DNA of 33,973 nt from Saprospiraceae bacterium (GTDB lineage Bacteria; Bacteroidota; Bacteroidia; Chitinophagales; Saprospiraceae): assembly GCA_020528935.1 (NCBI GenBank), contig JAJDFU010000095.1, forward strand, positions 1 through 33,973, in the 5' to 3' direction. Under the pieces are notes generated by a model. It saw only the letters and a list, made by a program, of their open reading frames with translations. It was not told where the DNA came from and ran no database searches. Each line of letters begins with the position of its first letter. Positions within the stretch are counted from its first letter, which is position 1. Shown in pieces: positions 18,666 to 26,303 of the stretch. Made by a program: the position numbers and the translations under genes.

Positions 18666-20159
18666 CTACCGGCGACGGATCTTTTTCCACCACTGCAGCA
18701 ACAGCTTGTTGACCTCCGGCGACACCTGCAGATAGAGCACCGGCGGGAAAAAGAGCAGGGCAAAGAGGCCGCTGCGCAATACAATGTTGAGCAGTGGGAT
18801 CCCGCTGGCCGGCAACAGGTACACCAGCCCGCCGGCCAGCGCCGCCAGTGCGATCAGCAGGGCGGTATGCCCGGAGAAGGGATGGAGGCCCAGCCGCAGC
18901 CAGAGGTACCCGCCCCGCAGCAGGTTGAAGCTGGTGATGGCTATAAACGAAGCCAGGGCCGCGCCCTGAATGCCCATGCGCGGAATGAAGAAGTAATTGA
19001 GCAGGACATTGACCACGCCCAGCCCCAGCACGGCATACAGGTTGAAGCGATAGTGACTCGAAAAGGCAATGATCTGTCCGTTCACGCTGAAGGCCATGTC
19101 CACCAGCTTGCCCGAGCCGATGAGTACGACCACCCAGCTGGCCGCCTTCAGGGTTTCGTACTTGGCCGTGAGCCGGAAGAGGTCGTCCAGGTTCAGGACT
19201 ATGGCTCCGAAGACGAACAGCCCGAAGATGAGCAGGTTGATGGAGGAGCGCTTGTAAATGTGCTCGATCTCCCGGGTGTTGCCCTCCGTCCAGGCCTTGG
19301 CAATGATGGGGCTGGCGATGGCGTATATGGAACGGGTGGGCATTTCAATGGCGTTGCCGATGAACTGGCCGATGCCGTAAATGCCAGTATTGCTCAGATT
19401 GGTCAGGGTGGAGATCATGATGTGATCCAGCTGAAAGGCGAAAATGCTGCCCACCTGACCCAGCATGCCGTACAGTCCGTAGTGGGTCATTTCGCGCAGC
19501 TGGCCGGAGCGCCACACCGGCGACCTCGCCTTCAGGCGCAGCTCGCCCAATTGCCAAAGGTACCACAGCATGCCGATCACGATGAGTCCTTCCATGATCA
19601 AAATGCCGGCGATGTATTCCTGCAGGCCCAGAAAACCGGCCCAGGATAGAAGGATAAGTATGGGAAGTGCTATTTTTGGCCACAGGTTTTTGAAAATGCC
19701 CGGCACCACAATGCGGTGAAAGTTGCTGATGTAGTTGCCCAGCAGGGTGTACAACAACAGCAGAAAGGTAAAAAGGAGGATGACGGGCAGGTAGGTGTCG
19801 ATCAATCCGGCATTGGGAAACTGCAATTGCCCCAGCAGGCGCAGCAGCGCTTCTCTGCCCAGCACAAGCAGGAGGGCGAACACACTGAAGAAGATCAACA
19901 CCGCTCCGAGCAGGAAGCTCAGAAAACCCCGATGCCCGGTTTCGGGCTCGCGAAAGGCCGGAAAGTAGCGTATGGCCACTGCTCCCAGGCCGAGCGAGGC
20001 AAAGGGCATGAAAAAATTGGCCGTGCTGTACAGGAACAAAAACAAGCCGTAGCGCGCCTCCTCCAGGGGGTACACAAACAAGATGCTCAAAGCACCGATC
20101 CCTGCGGCCGCGTAGTTGACCACGGTTTGCTTGATGCCTTGCCGTTGGATAATGCCCAT
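18666..20159 (-). CDS. Polysaccharide biosynthesis protein / oligosaccharide flippase (MOP superfamily, Wzx-like)
   Basis: About 14 predicted TM helices. The N-terminal IKQTVVNYAAAGIGALSILFVYPL and overall layout are typical of Polysacc_synt flippases. It is divergent from the pse operon. The start is set at MGIIQRQG (ATG 20157-20159). Confidence 0.8.
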   Translation of the reverse strand: MGIIQRQGIKQTVVNYAAAGIGALSILFVYPLEEARYGLFLFLYSTANFFMPFASLGLGAVAIRYFPAFREPETGHRGFLSFLLGAVLIFFSVFALLLVLGREALLRLLGQLQFPNAGLIDTYLPVILLFTFLLLLYTLLGNYISNFHRIVVPGIFKNLWPKIALPILILLSWAGFLGLQEYIAGILIMEGLIVIGMLWYLWQLGELRLKARSPVWRSGQLREMTHYGLYGMLGQVGSIFAFQLDHIMISTLTNLSNTGIYGIGQFIGNAIEMPTRSIYAIASPIIAKAWTEGNTREIEHIYKRSSINLLIFGLFVFGAIVLNLDDLFRLTAKYETLKAASWVVVLIGSGKLVDMAFSVNGQIIAFSSHYRFNLYAVLGLGVVNVLLNYFFIPRMGIQGAALASFIAITSFNLLRGGYLWLRLGLHPFSGHTALLIALAALAGGLVYLLPASGIPLLNIVLRSGLFALLFFPPVLYLQVSPEVNKLLLQWWKKIRRR

Positions 20160-20198
20160 AGCTTGAAGCCCTGATTCGCCCGCTGCATGCCAGCCGGG

Positions 20199-20206
20199 CA
20201 AAAGTA
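20199..20206 (-). promoter_or_regulatory. Candidate -7 promoter box (TACTTTTG on the minus strand) for the flippase gene
   Basis: The plus-strand sequence CAAAAGTA is the reverse complement of TACTTTTG, an exact TAnnTTTG match. It lies 40 nt upstream of the flippase ATG, in the 70-bp divergent spacer. Confidence 0.25.
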
Positions 20207-20229
20207 CGCATTGAAACACAGACCAGGAC

Positions 20230-21264
20230 ATGATGGATTTGAACGGGAAGTCGATATTGATCACAGGAGGAACGGGCTCTTTCGGCAAAGCATTTGTCGC
20301 GCGCATTCTTCAGCAGTTTCCACAGGTCAGGCGCCTGGTGATTTATTCCCGGGACGAACTCAAGCAGTTTGAGATGGCACAGCGCTTTTCGCCCCGCGAG
20401 CACAAGGCCCTGCGTTATTTCATCGGCGACATTCGCGATGGAGATCGCTTTCGCCGGGCCTGCGAGGGCATCGAGATCATCGTGCATGCCGCAGCCCTCA
20501 AGCAGGTGCCCACCGCCGAGTACAATCCCTTTGAATGCATAAAGACCAATGTGCTGGGCGCGCAAAATGTCGTGGAGGCTGCTCTGGACTGCGGCGTGAA
20601 AAAGGTCGTGGCGCTTTCGACGGACAAAGCGGCGGCCCCCATCAATCTGTACGGAGCCACCAAGCTGTGCTCGGACAAGCTCTTCATCGCGGCCAATAAG
20701 ATGAAAGGGCAGCGCGACCTCACCTTTTCCGTGGTGCGCTACGGCAACGTGATGGGTTCCCGCGGCTCGGTCATTCCCTTTTTCCTGAACAGGCGCAAGG
20801 AGGGCGTCCTGCCCATTACCGATCCGCGCATGACGCGCTTCAACATTTCCCTGGAGGAAGGGGTGGACCTGGTGGTCCATGCGCTGGGCCACGCCTGGGG
20901 CGGCGAAATTTTCGTGCCCAAGATTCCCTCCTACCGCATCACGGATGTGGCCGAAGCCATCTGCCCCCATTGCGAGCACCGGGTGGTGGGCATCCGACCC
21001 GGCGAAAAGATCCATGAGGAGATGATCACCGAAGCGGATTCGCACACCACCGTGGACCTGGGCAAGTACTACGCCATTCTGCCGCAGCTGCCCCACTGGT
21101 CGCTGGAGGACTACCTCAAAAAGACGGGAGCCAAACCCGTGCCGGCCGGATTCAGTTATAATTCCGGCACCAACGACGAGTGGCTGACCGTGGACCAGAT
21201 TCGGGAACTCATCCGGCTGCATGTAGATGCCGCATTTACCGTTGAACCCTCGCGCGTATCATGA
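20230..21264 (+). CDS. pseB: UDP-N-acetylglucosamine 4,6-dehydratase (inverting), PseB
   Basis: ILITGGTGSFG, IVHAAALKQVP, ECIKTNVLGAQNV, ALSTDKAA.PINLYGATKLCSDKLF and VRYGNVMGSRGSVIP match PseB/FlaA1 along the full length. Confidence 0.92.
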   Translation: MMDLNGKSILITGGTGSFGKAFVARILQQFPQVRRLVIYSRDELKQFEMAQRFSPREHKALRYFIGDIRDGDRFRRACEGIEIIVHAAALKQVPTAEYNPFECIKTNVLGAQNVVEAALDCGVKKVVALSTDKAAAPINLYGATKLCSDKLFIAANKMKGQRDLTFSVVRYGNVMGSRGSVIPFFLNRRKEGVLPITDPRMTRFNISLEEGVDLVVHALGHAWGGEIFVPKIPSYRITDVAEAICPHCEHRVVGIRPGEKIHEEMITEADSHTTVDLGKYYAILPQLPHWSLEDYLKKTGAKPVPAGFSYNSGTNDEWLTVDQIRELIRLHVDAAFTVEPSRVS

Positions 21265-22439
21265 AAAAAATACCCTACGGACGCCAGCATATCACCGAGG
21301 AGGACATCGAGGCCGTCGTGGAGGTACTGAAGTCCGACTTTCTCACACAAGGGCCGCGCATTGGCGCTTTCGAGCAAGCCTTTGCCGAATACGTGGGTGC
21401 CCGCTATGCCGTGGCGGTCTCCAACGGCACCGCCGCCCTTCACCTTTGCGCCCTGGCGCTGAACGTAGAACCCGGCCAGAAGGTCATTACCAGCCCCATC
21501 ACCTTTGCCGCCTCGGCCAATTGCATTCGCTATGCCGGGGGAGAGGTCGTCTTTGCCGACATCGATCCGGAAACGATCCTGTTGGACCTGGACAGGACGG
21601 CCGCCCTGCTGGAGTCTGCGCCCCGGGGTACCTATGCCGGCATCATACCGGTAGATTTTGCGGGCTATCCCGTGCAAATGGATGCCTTCCGGCAACTGGC
21701 CGATGCCTACGACCTCTGGATCATCGAGGATTCCTGCCATGCGCCCGGCGGCTCCTATGCCGATGCCCGGGGCGAGATCCAGCGCTGCGGCAACGGCGCC
21801 TATGCCGACCTGGCCATTTTTTCCTTTCATCCGGTAAAACACATCGCCAGCGGCGAAGGCGGCATGATCACCACGAACCGCAAAGACCTCTACGAGCGCC
21901 TCCAGTTTTTGCGTACCCACGGCATCACCAAGCGCGAAGACCTGCTGGCCGAAAACCACGGCGGCTGGTACTACGAGATGGTGGAGTTGGGCTACAACTA
22001 CCGCCTGACCGACATCCAGGCCGCCCTCGGCCACAGCCAGCTCAGCCGGGCGGAAGACGGACTGGCCCGCCGCCGGGCCATCGCCGGGCGCTACGACGAA
22101 GCCTTCGCCGAAACCGCCGTGCAGACCATCGCCCCGGCGCCCGGTTTTCACCATGCCTACCATCTGTACGTCATCCAGGTGCCGGACCGCGGGGGCCTGT
22201 ACGAGCACCTGCGCCAAAAGGGCATCTACGCCCAGGTGCACTACATTCCGGTCCATCTGCAGCCCTACTACCGGCGGTTCGGCTGGAAAAAGGGCGATCT
22301 GCCCCATGCCGAGACCTATTACGAGCATTGCCTGAGCCTGCCTATGTATCCGACCCTTGCGCCGGAAGAACAGGACTATGTCATTGAAGAGGTACTCGAC
22401 TTTTTTAGCTTAGCGCCTGCCGCTCGAACGGAGGCGTAA
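21261..22439 (+). CDS. pseC: UDP-4-amino-4,6-dideoxy-N-acetyl-beta-L-altrosamine transaminase, PseC
   Basis: IPYGRQHITEEDIEAVVEVLKSDFLTQGPRIGAFEQAFAEY..., the DegT/DnrJ/EryC1 fold and SFHPVKHIASGEGG (PLP lysine region). There is an ATGA overlap with pseB. Confidence 0.92.
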   Translation: MKKIPYGRQHITEEDIEAVVEVLKSDFLTQGPRIGAFEQAFAEYVGARYAVAVSNGTAALHLCALALNVEPGQKVITSPITFAASANCIRYAGGEVVFADIDPETILLDLDRTAALLESAPRGTYAGIIPVDFAGYPVQMDAFRQLADAYDLWIIEDSCHAPGGSYADARGEIQRCGNGAYADLAIFSFHPVKHIASGEGGMITTNRKDLYERLQFLRTHGITKREDLLAENHGGWYYEMVELGYNYRLTDIQAALGHSQLSRAEDGLARRRAIAGRYDEAFAETAVQTIAPAPGFHHAYHLYVIQVPDRGGLYEHLRQKGIYAQVHYIPVHLQPYYRRFGWKKGDLPHAETYYEHCLSLPMYPTLAPEEQDYVIEEVLDFFSLAPAARTEA

Positions 22440-22460
22440 TCGCTTCGAAAACACAAGTGC

Positions 22461-23345
22461 ATGCACGATATTGTCAAAAATGAATTCGGATTTTATGAGG
22501 TCGCCGAAAAACCGAGCCCCGAGGCCTTGAGGGCGTACTACACCGAGAAGTATTACCAGAACGCAAAGACCGATACGTATTCGAGGGCTATTACCGAGGA
22601 GGAGAAGATCTACAAGTACAACAAGGTAGAGCAGCGGTTCCGCTATCTGGAGAACAAGGTGGATGCCGATTTTGAGGAAAGTCCGGCCTTCCTGGATGTC
22701 GGATGCGGAGAGGGCTTTGCCCTTCATTACTTCAAGCAAAGAGGTTGGTCCGTAACGGGTTTGGAGTACAGCTCCTATGCCTGTTCTTTTTTTCATCCGG
22801 ATTGTTGCGACGATCTGATAACCGGCGACATTGCGGAGAATCTCTCCGATCTGGCCGATCGCCGGGATGTGTACGACCTGATCTGGTTGGACAACGTACT
22901 GGAGCACGTCAGGGATCCGCTGCAGCTGCTGAATCAGGTGCGCCAACTGGGCTGTTTTTTGGTTGTGGAAGTGCCCAACGATTTTTCACCGCTTCAGATG
23001 GCTTTGTTGGAAGCGGGAAAAATTGACCGGGAGTTTTGGGTCAGCCTGCCGGACCATCTTTCGTACTTCAACAAAGAAGGCTTGCTCAATATAGCGGAGC
23101 AGTCCGGCTGGAAACCGGTCGGCGTTTTAGCTGATTTTCCGATCGACTGGTTTTTGGCCAACGATCATTCCAACTACGTCGAGAACCGAACGGTGGGCAA
23201 GCAGGCCCACTACGCCCGCGTAGCGATCGACCTGCTCATGCACGAAGAGTCCGTCGCCAAAACCAACCGCCTGTACGAAACCCTGGCCGATCTGGGAATG
23301 GGCCGGCAGATCGTAGCCTTCCTGGAAAATCCGGAAATTGCTTAG
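22461..23345 (+). CDS. Class I SAM-dependent methyltransferase embedded in the pse operon
   Basis: SAM motif I LDVGCGEGFAL, the acidic loop (GLEYS), and post-I/II motifs (DLIWLDNVLEHVRDP). It sits between pseC and the cytidylyltransferase gene. Confidence 0.8.
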   Translation: MHDIVKNEFGFYEVAEKPSPEALRAYYTEKYYQNAKTDTYSRAITEEEKIYKYNKVEQRFRYLENKVDADFEESPAFLDVGCGEGFALHYFKQRGWSVTGLEYSSYACSFFHPDCCDDLITGDIAENLSDLADRRDVYDLIWLDNVLEHVRDPLQLLNQVRQLGCFLVVEVPNDFSPLQMALLEAGKIDREFWVSLPDHLSYFNKEGLLNIAEQSGWKPVGVLADFPIDWFLANDHSNYVENRTVGKQAHYARVAIDLLMHEESVAKTNRLYETLADLGMGRQIVAFLENPEIA

Positions 23346-23346
23346 G

Positions 23347-24192
23347 TTGAAAACTGCTTGCATCATACAAGCCCGCATGACCTCCAGCCGCCTTCCGGGC
23401 AAGGTCCTTCTGCCGCTTCCCTACGGGGGCTCGGTGACGGCACTGGAGCAGGTGTTGCGTCGGGCCGGGGCCTGTGGGCGCATCGATCAGGTGGTGGTAG
23501 CCACTACTACGAATCCCGAAGACGATGCCATCGAGGCGCTGTGCCGGGCAAAAGGGCTTTCGTGCTTCCGGGGCAGTGAGCACCACGTGCTGGAGCGCTT
23601 CTGGGGTGCTGCGAAATCCGTACAGGCCGATCGCATTGTGCGCGTCACGGCCGATTGCCCCTGCCTCGATCCCGCCATCCTGGACCGGGTGCTGGTGGAG
23701 CACGAGCGGGAAGAGGCCGACTTCACCTCGAGTGGCATCCGCCGAAGCTTCCCGATCGGCATCGACCAGGGGGTGTTTTCCTTTGAGATGCTGGAAGCGG
23801 CTTACCGGAATGCCCGCCATGCACACGAACGCGAACACGTGACCCCGTATTTCTACCAAACGCACCCGGAGCGGTACAAGATCCACATCGTTGCCGCCGA
23901 ACCGGAAGAGCACCGGCCCGAACTCCGCCTGACCCTGGATACGCGGGCCGATTACCTCATGCTCTGTGCCCTGTACGATCAGCTGTACTCCCGGGACGAC
24001 CTCTTTCGCCTGCCCAGCATCCTCGCACTCCTGGATCAAAAAGGATGGATTGCCGGAATCAACGCGCAAACGGTGCAAAAGCGCATCTATTCCAGTCTGG
24101 AGGAAGAGCTGCATGCGCTTCGAGCATGGGCAGACCGGCAAGACCTGCACCGCGCGCTTGCCTTTTTGAATACGCATATTTCCAATTCATGA
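23347..24192 (+). CDS. SpsF-type cytidylyltransferase, probably filling the CMP-pseudaminic acid synthetase (PseF) role
   Basis: ACIIQARMTSSRLPGKVL is the SpsF/acylneuraminate-cytidylyltransferase-like N-terminal motif; VRVTADCPCLDP and EHVTPYFY are also present. No ATG precedes the motif, so candidate starts are TTG 23347 (MKTACIIQAR) or TTG 23338. Confidence 0.8.
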   Translation: MKTACIIQARMTSSRLPGKVLLPLPYGGSVTALEQVLRRAGACGRIDQVVVATTTNPEDDAIEALCRAKGLSCFRGSEHHVLERFWGAAKSVQADRIVRVTADCPCLDPAILDRVLVEHEREEADFTSSGIRRSFPIGIDQGVFSFEMLEAAYRNARHAHEREHVTPYFYQTHPERYKIHIVAAEPEEHRPELRLTLDTRADYLMLCALYDQLYSRDDLFRLPSILALLDQKGWIAGINAQTVQKRIYSSLEEELHALRAWADRQDLHRALAFLNTHISNS

Positions 24193-25238
24193 TGGAAGTC
24201 TTCCTGCTTGCGGATGCTCACCACCGGATCGGGACCGGCCATGTGACCCGTTGCCTTTGGCTGGCCGAAGCGATACGCGAACGGAGAGGAAGGGCCTGCT
24301 TCCTGTTGCGCGAATCGGCCCGTTTTGCCCGGGAACGCGTTGAGGCCGAGGGGTTTCCCGTCCTGCTGGTTCCGGACGAACAACTGGATGATGCCGGAAC
24401 CTTGCTGGACCAGGTAAAGCGCCGGGCGGAAATGGCAAACCCCTGGATGCTCACCGATGGTGATGAAGCCGGATGGTACGAGCTCGATTTTCAACGGGCG
24501 ATCCGGTCTGCGGGGGTCCGTCTGATGATGATCGTATTCCCCATCGAAGGGCGCTTTGAGGTGGATATCCTGCACAATCAAAACCCCCGTTCACTGGATC
24601 ACACCTACGAATTGCTGCCCGACACGCGATTGTTGGCCGGCCTGGAGTATCTGATCCTGGCCCCGGTCTTCCGCAACTCGAGCTGGAAGCCGCCGGAAAA
24701 GGCGATCCGGACGGTTTTCGTCAATTTCGGAGGAGCCGATCCCCAGGATCAGACGATCCGGGTCTGCCGGCTGCTGAACGATCGCTTTCCCCAATGGACC
24801 CAGATTGTGGTCGTCGGAGGCCTGTACAACCACAGAGCAGCGCTGGAAAAAACACTGAAGGCGAAAACCGAGGGTCCGCCTTCCCGCCTGTATCAAAACA
24901 CACCCGCTATGGCCGAGCTGATGCGCGAGGCCGATCTGGCCATTACTGCGGGAGGATTGACGGCCTGGGAGCTGGGCATCCTCGGAGTGCCCAACGTCGT
25001 GCTCCCCGGTTCCGAACGCGAGCGCCTGACAGCCGACTATCTGGCTGAGCGGGGAAAGATCTTTTTTCCCGGTCCGGCCCGGGAGGTGACGGAGGATGAC
25101 CTTTGCCGGCTGCTCGCCCTGCTGGAAAAAGAGCCGGAGCGGCGGCAACGCCAATCCAGGGGGCTGTTCGAGTTGTTAAATCCCCAGGGAATTGAACGCG
25201 TAGTGGATGCCCTTTTTGAGATGCATTCGCCCAACTGA
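24189..25238 (+). CDS. pseG: UDP-2,4-diacetamido-2,4,6-trideoxy-beta-L-altropyranose hydrolase, PseG (GT28-like)
   Basis: N-terminal RIGTGHVTRCLWLAEAI and C-terminal ADLAITAGGLTAWELGILGVPNVVLP are typical of PseG/SpsG. There is an ATGA overlap with the upstream gene, and it sits between the cytidylyltransferase gene and pseI. It is 349 aa with no fused GNAT domain. Confidence 0.8.
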   Translation: MMEVFLLADAHHRIGTGHVTRCLWLAEAIRERRGRACFLLRESARFARERVEAEGFPVLLVPDEQLDDAGTLLDQVKRRAEMANPWMLTDGDEAGWYELDFQRAIRSAGVRLMMIVFPIEGRFEVDILHNQNPRSLDHTYELLPDTRLLAGLEYLILAPVFRNSSWKPPEKAIRTVFVNFGGADPQDQTIRVCRLLNDRFPQWTQIVVVGGLYNHRAALEKTLKAKTEGPPSRLYQNTPAMAELMREADLAITAGGLTAWELGILGVPNVVLPGSERERLTADYLAERGKIFFPGPAREVTEDDLCRLLALLEKEPERRQRQSRGLFELLNPQGIERVVDALFEMHSPN

Positions 25239-25252
25239 AAAATAACCAAGCT

Positions 25253-26302
25253 ATGCCCGGTTTCAAGATCGGTGGCCGACCGATAGGAGATGGACATCCC
25301 GTTTTTATCATCGCCGAGCTTTCCGCCAACCACAACGGCGAATTCGAGCTGGCCAGAAAGACCATCGCTGCTGCAAAAGAAGCAGGGGCGGACGCCATCA
25401 AACTGCAGACCTACACCCCCGATACCATCACCCTCGACAGCGATCTGCCGCATTTTCGCACCCGGGAGGATTCGCCCTGGGCCGGGCAAAAACTCTACGA
25501 CCTGTATGCCAAAGCCTACACGCCCTGGGAATGGCACGAGGCGCTGCGCAATTTTGCCCGTGAATTGGGGCTGATCTTCTTCTCTTCGCCCTTTGACCCC
25601 ACCGCCGTCGATTTACTGGAAGACCTGGATGTGCCGGCCTACAAAGTAGCATCCCCGGAGATCACGGACATTCCCCTGATCCGCTACATCGCTTCCAGGG
25701 GCAAGCCCGTCATCCTCTCCACGGGCATTGCCCGCGAAGACGACATTGCGCTGGCCCTGGACGCGTGCCGGGCAGCGGACAATGAGCAAATCGCCCTGCT
25801 CAAGTGCACCTCGGCCTATCCCACACCGCTGGAGGAGGTCAACCTGGCCGCGCTGCCCCTGCTGCGCGAGCGCTACGGGGTCGTTCCCGGCCTGTCGGAC
25901 CACACCATGGACGTGGTCGTGCCCGTGGCGGCGGTGGCGTTGGGGGCAAAGATCATCGAAAAACACCTCATCCTGGACCGCGCCCTGGGCGGGGTGGACA
26001 GTTCCTTTTCCCTGAACGTGGACGAGTTCCGGGAAATGGTGGAAGCCGTTCGCAAGACCGAGCTCGCCCTCGGTCGCCCTTCCCTGGAGCCCTCTCCCCG
26101 TCAGCTCAAAGGCCGGCGGAATGCCCGTTCGCTATTCGTTGTCCAAACGATTGAGGCCGGGGAGGCGATTACGCGGGCAAACGTGCGATCGGTACGGCCG
26201 GGTATGGGCTTGCATCCCAGGTACTTTGAGGAAGTGCTGGGGAAGAAAGCCCTGCGGCGGCTGGAAAAAGGCACCCCGCTGCAGTTGGCGGACCTTTCGT
26301 AG
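25253..26302 (+). CDS. pseI: Pseudaminic acid synthase, PseI (NeuB family)
   Basis: FIIAELSANHNG...AGADAIKLQTYTPDTITLD, FSSPFD..AVDLLEDLDVPAYKVASPEITDIPLIRYIA..GKPVILSTG, LLKCTSAYPTP and a C-terminal SAF domain. Confidence 0.92.
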   Translation: MPGFKIGGRPIGDGHPVFIIAELSANHNGEFELARKTIAAAKEAGADAIKLQTYTPDTITLDSDLPHFRTREDSPWAGQKLYDLYAKAYTPWEWHEALRNFARELGLIFFSSPFDPTAVDLLEDLDVPAYKVASPEITDIPLIRYIASRGKPVILSTGIAREDDIALALDACRAADNEQIALLKCTSAYPTPLEEVNLAALPLLRERYGVVPGLSDHTMDVVVPVAAVALGAKIIEKHLILDRALGGVDSSFSLNVDEFREMVEAVRKTELALGRPSLEPSPRQLKGRRNARSLFVVQTIEAGEAITRANVRSVRPGMGLHPRYFEEVLGKKALRRLEKGTPLQLADLS

Positions 26303-26303
26303 A

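Noticed and set aside
19345-21222. A 625-aa minus-strand ORF spanning the flippase 5' end and all of pseB. Similar long ORFs occur at 21156..22328(-), 21227..22387(+), 16345..17703(+), 30573..31907(-), 30923..31894(+), 31938..32987(+), 12934..13965(-) and 14208..15113(+).
   Set aside because: These are antisense or alternate-frame shadows of genes with unmistakable family motifs. Their translations are Arg/Pro/Gly/Ala-rich low-complexity sequence, typical of high-GC DNA, and contain no recognisable domain.
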